Positions 29,577-38,152 of a stretch of DNA of 64,000 nt are shown piece by piece. This stretch comes from a virus, in the IMG/VR virus record IMGVR_UViG_3300025030_000012. One strand, given 5' to 3'. The notes beneath the pieces are model-generated. The model was given only the letters and a program-made list of their open reading frames with translations, was not told the origin of the DNA and did not search any database. Made by a program: the position numbers and the translations under genes. Every line of letters begins with the position of its first letter. Position 1 is the stretch's first letter.

Positions 29577-29794
29577 TGACCGCCTCCGCATTCGACACGG
29601 CTTGGGTAGGTCTGGCAGTAGATCACGAAACCGGCCGGGGCCGAGACCTCGGTCCCTGTCACCGACCTCACGACTGGCGGCGCGCACCCTTGCAGCGACA
29701 CGAGCACCAGGACGCAGATGATCGACGTGACGATCCAGTGTGGATCGCCAACAAAATCCAGGAGCGTGCGCAACGGCTCACGAATGAGTTTCAT
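29573..29794 (-). CDS. Lipoprotein resembling the BTLCP N-terminal segment
   Basis: Hydrophobic core plus LQGC lipobox, then PAGFVIYCQTYPSRVEC; ATGA-coupled to the peptidase ORF. Confidence 0.7.
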   Translation of the reverse strand: MKLIREPLRTLLDFVGDPHWIVTSIICVLVLVSLQGCAPPVVRSVTGTEVSAPAGFVIYCQTYPSRVECGGGQ

Positions 29795-30872
29795 GCTTGA
29801 CCTCCTTCGCTTCAGGATCATCGGCCCCGCCAACCTCGTAGACGGTGCCGCGATGATCTTTTGCAAATGCTACCGCAAACTGGCGTGTATCGGTGATGCC
29901 GCCGGTAAAGGTGCCGTCGGGCCAGAGGATGCCGAAGCGGGTCATTCCGGCGCCTTGACCCCATCGCGCTCGAATGCCTCGCCGATGTCCACGAACAGTT
30001 TGCCCAGGTACTCGCAGCAGTCGCCACCATCTACCGGCTGATCTGGATCGTTGAACCCCATTGCGATCAAGTCGGCAAATATGGACTCGAAGAGGGCGAG
30101 GCGGTTTTTTGATGTGGCCCGACCGGCTTTGCGTTTCGCCCGGTCGCGTTTCTGGAAAGCTTTGACTTCGGCGAGCGGGTCGGCTCCAATGCACTCAAGC
30201 ACTTTGAAACCCTCGGCACTCAATCCTGTAGCCTTGTCGTAGCGTTTCGCTTTCACGTCAACCTCGGCGCGCGTTGGAAAATAAACAGGTAGGCGAGCGC
30301 GAACGGCCAGCCTGCCGCTTTCAGTTCGACCGCGATGGTCGCGGGTGTTTTGTCTCTCATCGGTGTCTCCTTTGTCTGCGGGAAATCCGCATTCGCAAGC
30401 GTCCTTCGGCGCTTGAGAATGGAATCAACCCTTGGCGCGGGCGATGGCGGCGCTTGCCTTTATGGCGGCTAGCATCAGTAAATCACGCGGCGCAGGAGAA
30501 TCCTGAGCTTCAAGAAAATCTTCCAACGCTGCGAGCAGATCATCGGTCGCCGCGCAAATTTTGATTGCCTCTATCGCAGTTGCGTCGAAGCTATTTTTTT
30601 CCAGGGCAGCGAGTGCTATTTCAAAGCTGGTCATTTGAATCTCCAGTTGGTGAGTTCCCGCGCGAGCAGGGGTGGGGGAATCAATTGCTGTCGTCGTGGT
30701 CGTACATGCCGGTTTGCGTCGCCGCATCCCGGTAGAATTCGCCGCCGGTGCGTAGTTCGGCGCGCCAGGCAAGTTGGGCAGATTCGAGCGTGAGGAATTC
30801 TTCTGCTTCCAGGGCGATGCCGTCGTAGCAAATGCCCCAGGTCGTGCCATCCTTGTGGATTCCGCGTTTCAT
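29791..30872 (-). CDS. Small hypothetical genes of the leftward accessory operon
   Basis: Short ORFs, several with SD (about 29791-29945, 29942-30256, 30425-30634, 30681-30872). Confidence 0.5.
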
Positions 30873-30907
30873 GGTTCATCTCCAGTGGTTGATCGGGGTA
30901 CAACTGA

Positions 30908-31001
30908 ACTATGGATCATGCTTCGCAACATGCCAAGAACTATTTTGGATGTCTTTTTCTCGACAGTGGGTGTTGACAATTCGACAGGGCAGGTTTAGGA
31001 T
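30908..31001. promoter_or_regulatory. Divergent sigma70 promoter pair
   Basis: Minus strand: TTGGCA-17-CATAGT (30936 to 30908). Plus strand: TTGACA-17-TAGGAT (30973-31001). Confidence 0.7.
30950..30986. promoter_or_regulatory. Two TGTYN-N6-CGACA palindromic boxes (30950-30965, 30971-30986)
   Basis: TGTCTTTTTCTCGACA and TGTTGACAATTCGACA; the second overlaps the plus-strand -35. Confidence 0.65.
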
Positions 31002-31581
31002 TCGCTCATCGCGTCTGGCCGGCGCGGATCGTAACTAGGGAGCCCCTGCAGCCGACACTGCAGGCGGCGCCCGCCCTTGTCGGAGGTGCCATGCAATACC
31101 CACAATCTCCCTTTTCGACCATTCAGGACAGAACTAAGCCTGCAAAGTCACTCCGCGGGCGCATGTCGTGAACAGCCAACGACGCAGCAAGAAGGCTACC
31201 CGGCGCCATAACCCAGCGCGGCAACCCGGCTCGCACGGCCGGCAACGCATCGAGAACACGCCATAAACGCACCGAACGTCCGGGACTGATCCGGCGCGGG
31301 GCGATAAGGCCCCGAGGAAAGCGATAAACGGGACCGTGCAGAAATGCACCCGCGCCAAAGCGGGTAAGGTGTTCCGTTGTCATCCGAGGCCGGAGCGCTG
31401 GCCGGGTGCCCAAGGATCGCCGGCCGAACCGTGAGCATCCGTAATCATCCGTGCGCAGATCAACACGGATTACCCTCGGGTTCCATCCGCGAATCGGAAG
31501 CCGCGAAGCCTTGAGAGTGTGGCTGTAGGTCTTGACTCAGGAGGGGCTTGCTCAGGTGGTAGTTCAGGGCTATGCTCACCT

Positions 31582-31597
31582 TGTCGGAAATTCGACA
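31582..31597. promoter_or_regulatory. Palindromic box upstream of terS
   Basis: TGTCGGAAATTCGACA. Confidence 0.65.
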
Positions 31598-31632
31598 CCA
31601 CGTTCGACGCGGACTGAATCCACCTTCGACCC

Positions 31633-32616
31633 ATGCCAAGCCTCGACAATTTGAAGCACGAAACAATCGCCCGCCGATTGGCCGCAGGTGACAATCAGAC
31701 CAAAGCACTGATTGCAGCAGGGTATTCGGCCAAGTCGGCATCACAAACGGCGGTCGGAGTGCTTAAGAAGAACCCTGCCATACGCCAAAGGTGCGAGGAG
31801 ATACGCGCCGCCACCAGGGCCATGGAAGAGCGTTTCAATGCCTCCCGCGAGGGCAAAAAAGAGATCACCAGGGCCTACGTTCGAGGTACGCTGCAAGAGG
31901 TCGCCGAGCGCTGCATGCAACACGATCCGGTGCTCGTGAAAGGGATCCCAACCGGCGAGTATCAGTTCGACGCGGCCGGCGCAACTCGAGCTGTGGAGCT
32001 ACTCGGGCGCGACCTGGGCATGTTCGTCGAGCGCAAAGAGATCGGTACGCCTGGCGCCTTCGCCTCGATCGAGGAGCGCCGCGAGGCCGAGCGGCTGCTT
32101 AAGCTGAAGATGGTCAAGTTGGGCATGGCGAGGCCGATGCGCCTCGTCGGGTCGTCGTCGGCTGCGACTGTTGAGAATTCGACACCTGTTGACTGTCAAT
32201 ATTCCGACACTAAGACTACTGTCGAGATTCCGACACCAGAGATCGAAGCCCCGGATCAAACCGGGGATTCCGAGCCCGAAGCGCCCTCGACGCTGGCCGA
32301 GCGCGACCTCGCGCCGCTGCCGCCGGGGATCCTGGAACCGATCAAAGGCCAGCCAGATCCGGCGAGCGTTGAACGGCTGAAGCCCGCACCAGTCGTGGCA
32401 ACCCAAGCTGTCCAAGCAGTGCAGAAGGTCCCAGGCTGGGGCCGAAAGCCATACGAGCCGCCCGTACCGCGGCCTCCGCTCGGTCCGGATCCGGGCCCAG
32501 GCCCCGAGCGCGGCGCCTGGCGTGCCGAGATGCGCCGGCGAGCGAACCTCGATGTGCGCGACGGCACGCCGAACACCTGCGATCGGCACGGTCATCCGCT
32601 CAAGGATAAGCCGTGA
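31633..32616 (+). CDS. terS: Terminase small subunit with long Pro-rich C-terminal extension
   Basis: NQTKALIAAGYSAKSASQTA...NPAIRQR...EVAERCMQ...GATRAVELLGRDLGMF. Confidence 0.85.
   Translation: MPSLDNLKHETIARRLAAGDNQTKALIAAGYSAKSASQTAVGVLKKNPAIRQRCEEIRAATRAMEERFNASREGKKEITRAYVRGTLQEVAERCMQHDPVLVKGIPTGEYQFDAAGATRAVELLGRDLGMFVERKEIGTPGAFASIEERREAERLLKLKMVKLGMARPMRLVGSSSAATVENSTPVDCQYSDTKTTVEIPTPEIEAPDQTGDSEPEAPSTLAERDLAPLPPGILEPIKGQPDPASVERLKPAPVVATQAVQAVQKVPGWGRKPYEPPVPRPPLGPDPGPGPERGAWRAEMRRRANLDVRDGTPNTCDRHGHPLKDKP
32169..32235. promoter_or_regulatory. Three palindromic boxes inside terS (32169, 32194, 32220)
   Basis: TGTTGAGAATTCGACA, TGTCAATATTCCGACA and TGTCGAGATTCCGACA at a 25-26 bp pitch. 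Confidence 0.65.
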
Positions 32617-32697
32617 GAGCCTGCCGCGGCTGCCACATCTCGATCAAGTTCGGAAGCGGAACCGAGAGTGGATGGCATCCAAACGAACCAAGGAGGC

Positions 32698-33042
32698 ATG
32701 ATGATCTATGCGATTCAGGCCGGCGACGGCGGGCCGATTAAGTTTGGTGTGGCCGAGAACCCGGCGGGCAGACTTCGTGAACTCCAGACTGGAAACCCGG
32801 AGCGGTTGCGGTTGCTGACCTCGGCACCAGTTGCTGGCGACAAGGAATGCTTGATCCACCACCACCTACGCGATGAGCGAATGGCTGGAGAATGGTTCAG
32901 GCCAACGACCAAGGCATGGAATGTTGTGTGGGCACTCGAACGTCAGGCGTTCTACACGCAGGACCACGAGCTTGCAAACCACATCTATGACGCAGAACCA
33001 GAGTCGATGGATTGGTTCGCAAAGCGGTTCGACCTGCGTTGA
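32698..33042 (+). CDS. T5orf172/GIY-YIG-like nuclease domain protein
   Basis: IYAIQ...IKFG...RLRELQTGNP...E...H...GEWF. Confidence 0.8.
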   Translation: MMIYAIQAGDGGPIKFGVAENPAGRLRELQTGNPERLRLLTSAPVAGDKECLIHHHLRDERMAGEWFRPTTKAWNVVWALERQAFYTQDHELANHIYDAEPESMDWFAKRFDLR

Positions 33043-33218
33043 CCTCTGGCCGATCGCCCCTTCAGCAGAGGCCGAAGAGGCGAGACCCCTCCCCGGGGTA
33101 CCCCCTCACCTACCCCCAGGCCGGCCCCGGGAGGCGGAAAAGAGGGCGGCAGAGGAGGCTCCAGAATTCATTCCCCCTCACCCGACTTTCCCTCTTTTCC
33201 CAATTTATTTTTTTCTCC

Positions 33219-33234
33219 TGTCGAGATTTCAACA
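33219..33234. promoter_or_regulatory. Palindromic box upstream of the Fis-HTH gene
   Basis: TGTCGAGATTTCAACA. Confidence 0.6.
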
Positions 33235-33383
33235 CTTGTCTTAATCCGTGACAGGTACTACATTGTGGTATGTTTTGAGACTATCGTGCAGTTCTTAAAA
33301 GTGAAAAAACGGTGAAGTTTTGGTGAGGAAATCGTGAAGTTATCGTGAATCGCAGATGACGCTGACAACAATCGCCGTGAATC

Positions 33384-33632
33384 ATGGACATCGTGAGCAG
33401 TGGCAGGGTGCACGCGCAGTTACTGACCGAGGGCTTCTCCTTGCCTGATGAACTGCTCGAGTTGGAGTGCGCCTACATCGAGGCGGCGCTCTATCTTTCC
33501 GGTGGTGTGGTCTCGCGTGCTGCGCGGTCCCTCGGAGTTGGGCGCCCGGCGCTGTACGCGAAGATGAAGCGTTTGGAGAAATGGAAGACGAAGAGGGGTG
33601 GAAAAAAATTTCTATTTTTTCGGGAGAATTGA
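33384..33632 (+). CDS. Stand-alone Fis-type (HTH_8) DNA-binding protein
   Basis: LELECAYIEAALYLSGGVVSRAARSLGVGRPALYAKMKRL is the C-terminal HTH pattern of sigma54 activators; no AAA+ domain. Confidence 0.85.
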   Translation: MDIVSSGRVHAQLLTEGFSLPDELLELECAYIEAALYLSGGVVSRAARSLGVGRPALYAKMKRLEKWKTKRGGKKFLFFREN

Positions 33633-34505
33633 GTGGCTCTTGCGATTGACCTGTTCTGCGGCCTTGGCGGCTGGACCGAGGGTCTGCTTGCCGAGGGTTG
33701 GGACGTGATCGGCTTCGACATTGAGCGCCACAACTACGGGACTGGCGGATACCCGGCGCAGCTTGTACTTCAGGATGTGCTTACCCTGCACGGAAGGCAG
33801 TTTAAGGATGCGGCGCTGATCGTCGCAAGTCCGCCCTGCCAGGAGTTTAGCTACATGGCTATGCCGTGGTCAAAAGCGAAGGCGCAGCGCACCGCGATAT
33901 TGGCCGATCCTGCCGAGCGCAAGCGTCTTACCGCCCTGTTCGACGCCTGCTTTCGGATTCAGCGCGAGGCAATCGAAGCTGCGGGCCACTTCATCCCGCT
34001 GGTAGTAGAGAATGTGCGCGGCGCAAATAAATGGGTGGGTCGGTCACGTTGGAACTACGGATCGTTTCATCTTTGGGGCGACGTGCCGGCGCTGATGCCG
34101 ATGACAAAATCAATCAAGAACAACGGCGGATCATGGTTTGCCATTGCCAACAACACGACAAGCGGGCATAGTAAGAATCCAGTCCTCGCGCTTGCAGGCC
34201 AGAAGGTTCCCGGCTTCCGCTTCGGTAGCGGGAAGTCGTTTCAGACGGCGAGCGTTGAAGGCACAAAAACGATAGGCCACGCGAACATCCGCGACGGCCA
34301 TTCGCACACGCGGCACCTGACGAATCAGGCGAAAAGCGATGGTGTGAAACAAGGTGGCGATTGGTTCAATGCAGAGCAACCATCTCTTTCGCGTATGACG
34401 AGCAGCAAGAGCAACGCCCGCAAAGCCGCCTCTGCCGCAATTGCCAAAATTCCGTTCGCGCTTGCCCGCCATATCGCCAGAGCGTGGAAGCCGGAGGCGG
34501 CATGA
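33633..34505 (+). CDS. Atypical C5-cytosine DNA methyltransferase
   Basis: IDLFCGLGG (motif I), SPPCQEFS (motif IV), VENV (motif VI); divergent C-terminal half. Confidence 0.75.
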   Translation: MALAIDLFCGLGGWTEGLLAEGWDVIGFDIERHNYGTGGYPAQLVLQDVLTLHGRQFKDAALIVASPPCQEFSYMAMPWSKAKAQRTAILADPAERKRLTALFDACFRIQREAIEAAGHFIPLVVENVRGANKWVGRSRWNYGSFHLWGDVPALMPMTKSIKNNGGSWFAIANNTTSGHSKNPVLALAGQKVPGFRFGSGKSFQTASVEGTKTIGHANIRDGHSHTRHLTNQAKSDGVKQGGDWFNAEQPSLSRMTSSKSNARKAASAAIAKIPFALARHIARAWKPEAA

Positions 34506-34768
34506 GCGCCTTCGAAACGCTTGAGCGCACCGGGTGCGATGGGTCGAAGGTACAGGCCCTTGCACGGCGCGTTGCGCAGATTGACCGCAGATGTACGACC
34601 TTTGAGATCACCCGCGCCGAGCGCGACGACCTCCTCCGCGACGCCATGGACATGACCCAGCTCGAGCGCGATGCCTGCACGCTGGAAGAACTGCGGGCCT
34701 TGGACGAAGCCGCAGCCTTGATTGCCAAAGTCCTGAAGTTGGCGTAACGTGACATTTTTGGAGGCACC

Positions 34769-35137
34769 ATGGCTAACGAACTGACCCTATCTGGCCTGCG
34801 GATTCAGTTTGCGAAGGCAAACGTTCCGAGCGTGGATTTTTCCCCACCCTCGCTCTCGGTGACGGTGACCGGGACCGCGAACATGGACAACACGCAGATC
34901 GTCGGCTTTGCGGCCGAGGAAGCGATTCTGCTTGGGGACTGCACGACCGGGGGCTACTGGTATGTCCAGAACATGGACGCCACGAACTTCGTGAGTCTGA
35001 GAGCCGCCACCGGGGCCGCCGACATGATCAAACTCCTGGCCGGTGAGTGGGCGGTATTCAGGTGCCCGGCCACGGCACCCTATGCGATTGCCGACACCGC
35101 GGCGGTGAAGGTCCGTTTCGTGCGATTCGCGCTGTGA
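34769..35137 (+). CDS. Beta-rich putative virion structural protein
   Basis: SD GGAGG; composition similar to the small virion proteins at 50-52 kb. Confidence 0.45.
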   Translation: MANELTLSGLRIQFAKANVPSVDFSPPSLSVTVTGTANMDNTQIVGFAAEEAILLGDCTTGGYWYVQNMDATNFVSLRAATGAADMIKLLAGEWAVFRCPATAPYAIADTAAVKVRFVRFAL

Positions 35138-35289
35138 TGGACAGCGAAAAACTCAAAGCCAAATACCAGGTGGTCGAGACTTTCACCGACCGCGTGCTCG
35201 ACCGGCTGGCGCTCGGGCCGTTTTCCGCTGCTGTCGCGGCCGCCGTCTTGCTCGGCGCAATCGCGTTTGGGATCTGGGTTTCGCGGTGA
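35137..35289 (+). CDS. Small membrane protein
   Basis: C-terminal TM FSAAVAAAVLLGAIAFGIWV. Confidence 0.5.
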   Translation: MDSEKLKAKYQVVETFTDRVLDRLALGPFSAAVAAAVLLGAIAFGIWVSR

Positions 35290-35299
35290 AGTTTTCGGC

Positions 35300-35328
35300 T
35301 TGACAAGCGCCAGCCATTAGGATGAAAT
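35300..35328 (+). promoter_or_regulatory. Promoter for initiator-like tRNA and terL
   Basis: TTGACA-17-TGAAAT, with the tRNA 5' end 6 nt downstream. Confidence 0.55.
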
Positions 35329-35333
35329 GCTTG

Positions 35334-35408
35334 CGCGGGATGGTTGCTGGTAGCCCAGAGGGTCCCATAAGCCCTCGACCGCGAGTTCGATTCTCGCTCC
35401 CGCAACCA
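35334..35408 (+). tRNA. tRNA-fMet-like (CAT), atypical
   Basis: CGCGGGA/TCCCGCA-A-CCA with the C1.A72 mismatch, GGG/CCC in the anticodon stem, T-loop TTCGATT. Confidence 0.75.
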
Positions 35409-35440
35409 AGAATAAAACAGCCGCTCGTCGGCTATACCGC

Positions 35441-35481
35441 GCGGGGCCGGCGAGGGTTGCCAGAACCCTCGCCGGCCCCGC
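35441..35481. other. 18-bp perfect hairpin
   Basis: GCGGGGCCGGCGAGGGTT-GCCAG-AACCCTCGCCGGCCCCGC. Confidence 0.8.
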
Positions 35482-35499
35482 AAACACCATGACAGGGAT

Positions 35500-35525
35500 G
35501 GGGCTCGTTAAGCCCCTTCACTTTT
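35500..35525 (+). terminator. Terminator-like hairpin directly before the terL start
   Basis: GGGGCT-CGTTA-AGCCCC followed by TTCACTTTT. Confidence 0.45.
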
Positions 35526-35526
35526 A

Positions 35527-38151
35527 ATGGATGAAACCAACCTCGAGGAAATGTCGGTCGAGGAATTCCGTGAACTCCAAGCCGAAGCCGACCGCATAGA
35601 ATTCTCCCAGGCGAAAGAAAACTTCGCCGTCTACTGCGGTCTCCACATCCCGGCAGAGGTCGAAAAAGACGACATGCCGAGGCTGCATGAATTGAGCCTG
35701 CCGGCGCGGTACATTCCGGCGACGCATCACCAGTTGATTTGCAAGTTGTTGCAGGCGCTGGAAGAGGGCGAGCTGCATGGGAGGAAGTTCAGGAACCTGA
35801 TTATTCAGGCGCCGCCTGGTAGTGCGAAAGCGCTTGCGCTCGATACGCCGATTCCAACGCCATCGGGCTGGCGCAGAATGGGCGACATGCAGATCGGAGA
35901 TTGCGTATTCGATGAGCAAGGAAAGGTGTGCCGCGTGACATGGGTCAGCCCAATCTTCAAGGACAGGCCGGTCTACAAGGTGCTCACTGACTGCGGAGAC
36001 GAAATCATCGCCGACCATGACCACGAGTGGCGTGCGCGACTTGATAGAAGGCACGGCGCATTCCGAGATCACGAGACACACATCATCGCTCGACGGCGTA
36101 ACAAACGGGCCATGGTAGAGCACGCGAAGGCTCTTGACCTACCAGACGCAAATCTTCCAATCGACCCCTACCTGCTTGGGATGTGGCTCGGAAACGGTAA
36201 CAGCGCAGGACTTCGCATTACTTGCCATCAAGATGATGTTAGCTGGGTGCGCGACGAGCTTGGTCGTCTTGGATATAAGACATCCGATTCATCGTCGCCT
36301 TTGAATTTTGGAGTGCTCGGCGTTCGCCATCTCTTCGTGCAACTCGGTCTAGTCAATGATCCTGCACACAAGACCTATGGGAAAAAATACATCCCCAAGA
36401 TTTACATGCGCGGATCAATAAGGCAACGGCTCGCACTGGTTCAAGGGCTCATTGATTCGGATGGAACGGTTAGCAACAAGCAAGGATCTGCGACGTTCTG
36501 CAACACCAACGAATGGCTGGCATTGCAGTTCAGAGAACTGGTGCGCTCGCTCGGCGTCAAGGCTGGATGGTCGGTGTCAAAGGCAATGCTCTATGGCGTC
36601 CAACATGGTATGGCCTATCACGTTTCCTTCTACATGAAGGAGGCCGCGCGCTCTCCACGAAAGAGCGCAAACGCGAGAGATCAGTACCGAACTCCAAACA
36701 CGTATATCTCAGCGGAGCCATGCGGGACTGCGGATACGATCTGCATCGAAGTTGATTCACCATCTCATCTCTATCTATGTGGCGAGTCAATGACTCCTAC
36801 GCACAACAGCACCTACTGTTCGCATTTATTTCCATCGTGGTATCTCGGCAAACATCCAGCATTTAATGTGATTCAGGGATCACAGACGGATGATCTTGCC
36901 CATCGCTTTGGACGTAGAGCGAGAAACACGTTTGCAAGTGAACTGCATCACAAGGTCTTCAATGTTGGCGTCGCGTCAGATTCGCGCGCAGCAGGTTCTT
37001 GGGAAACAGAGAAAGGTGGCGAATACTTTGCCACTGGCGTTCAACCTTTTGCCGGAAGACGCGCGGAACTCCTTTGTATCGACGACGCCATCCGGGGACA
37101 AGAGGATGCGGATTCGCAAAATGTTCTGGACAAGATTTGGAACTGGTATGTTCATGATGCCTGGCCTCGCCTGAAACCGCACGGAAAACAGGTCATCGTT
37201 TCAACAAGATGGTCAGAGGGGGACATCATCGGCCGCATCATCCCCAAAACCTTCGCCGGCAAAACCGGATGGGTCAAGGGCAAAGACGGCGAGATGTGGT
37301 ACGTCCTCTGTTTGAAAGCCGTGATCGAGACCGAAGAGGACGCCGCCAACGATCCGCTCGGGCGCAAGGTGGACGAGATCCTGTGGCCGGAATGGTTCAC
37401 CCGCGAGATGATGGACACCGCCAAGGTCAAGGCCGGGATCAGAGGCTGGGCCGGGCAGTACCAGCAGATGCCAAGACCCGAAGGCGGAGCCATTCTGCTC
37501 TCGAACTGGTGGCGCGAATGGAAACAGGAACTGCCGAAAGTCGAGTACGTCATCCAGGTCTACGATACGGCTTTCGAGGAAGGCGAGGAAAACTCCTACT
37601 CGGCTCGAACAACCTGGGGAATCTTTTCTCACACAGATACCCTGCAAAAGAAGGATGGTCTCAACGTCGAGCGGACACGATACTGCTGCATCCTGCTTGA
37701 GGCGTGGCGCTCCAAGTGTGAATTCACCGAACTGCGGGATGAGGCGAAACGGGGATACAAGCGATACCGGCCGGACCGGGTGCTGATCGAGAAGCGGGCC
37801 AGCGGCCATTCACTTTTGCAAGAACTCCGCCGCGCCGGACTCCCGGTACGCCCGGCAAATCCGAAGTGGATGGGGCGCTCCAAGCGTGCCCGTGCCTACG
37901 CCGCTCAGACCGTGCTCGAGGACGGCTGCGTCTTCTACCCCTGCAAGTTCAGGGAAGGGACGTGGACGCCTTACTCGTGGGCGCTGCCGGTGGTCGACGA
38001 GGTCGCCGGCTACCCGGATGGAGAATTCACCGATTACGCCGACACTGCCATCCACGCCTGGCTCTGGCTGCGCCAGCACTGGCACCTGAAGCTGACCGAC
38101 GAGGACGAGGACAAGCCGGTGGAGAAACGACGCATCCAGATGTTTGGGTAG
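35527..38151 (+). CDS. terL: Terminase large subunit, intein-containing
   Basis: Walker A APPGSAK|ST, Walker B LLCIDD, STRW motif, nuclease domain DTAF, VLIEKRASG, DYAD. Confidence 0.95.
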   Translation: MDETNLEEMSVEEFRELQAEADRIEFSQAKENFAVYCGLHIPAEVEKDDMPRLHELSLPARYIPATHHQLICKLLQALEEGELHGRKFRNLIIQAPPGSAKALALDTPIPTPSGWRRMGDMQIGDCVFDEQGKVCRVTWVSPIFKDRPVYKVLTDCGDEIIADHDHEWRARLDRRHGAFRDHETHIIARRRNKRAMVEHAKALDLPDANLPIDPYLLGMWLGNGNSAGLRITCHQDDVSWVRDELGRLGYKTSDSSSPLNFGVLGVRHLFVQLGLVNDPAHKTYGKKYIPKIYMRGSIRQRLALVQGLIDSDGTVSNKQGSATFCNTNEWLALQFRELVRSLGVKAGWSVSKAMLYGVQHGMAYHVSFYMKEAARSPRKSANARDQYRTPNTYISAEPCGTADTICIEVDSPSHLYLCGESMTPTHNSTYCSHLFPSWYLGKHPAFNVIQGSQTDDLAHRFGRRARNTFASELHHKVFNVGVASDSRAAGSWETEKGGEYFATGVQPFAGRRAELLCIDDAIRGQEDADSQNVLDKIWNWYVHDAWPRLKPHGKQVIVSTRWSEGDIIGRIIPKTFAGKTGWVKGKDGEMWYVLCLKAVIETEEDAANDPLGRKVDEILWPEWFTREMMDTAKVKAGIRGWAGQYQQMPRPEGGAILLSNWWREWKQELPKVEYVIQVYDTAFEEGEENSYSARTTWGIFSHTDTLQKKDGLNVERTRYCCILLEAWRSKCEFTELRDEAKRGYKRYRPDRVLIEKRASGHSLLQELRRAGLPVRPANPKWMGRSKRARAYAAQTVLEDGCVFYPCKFREGTWTPYSWALPVVDEVAGYPDGEFTDYADTAIHAWLWLRQHWHLKLTDEDEDKPVEKRRIQMFG
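35830..36807 (+). mobile_element. Class 3 (Ala1, WCT) intein (326 aa) with LAGLIDADG endonuclease
   Basis: Starts ALALDTPIPTPSGW; block B DHDHEW, block F DTICIEV, block G TPTHN then Ser+1; LLGMWLGNG and LVQGLIDSDG motifs. Confidence 0.9.
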
Positions 38152-38152
38152 G

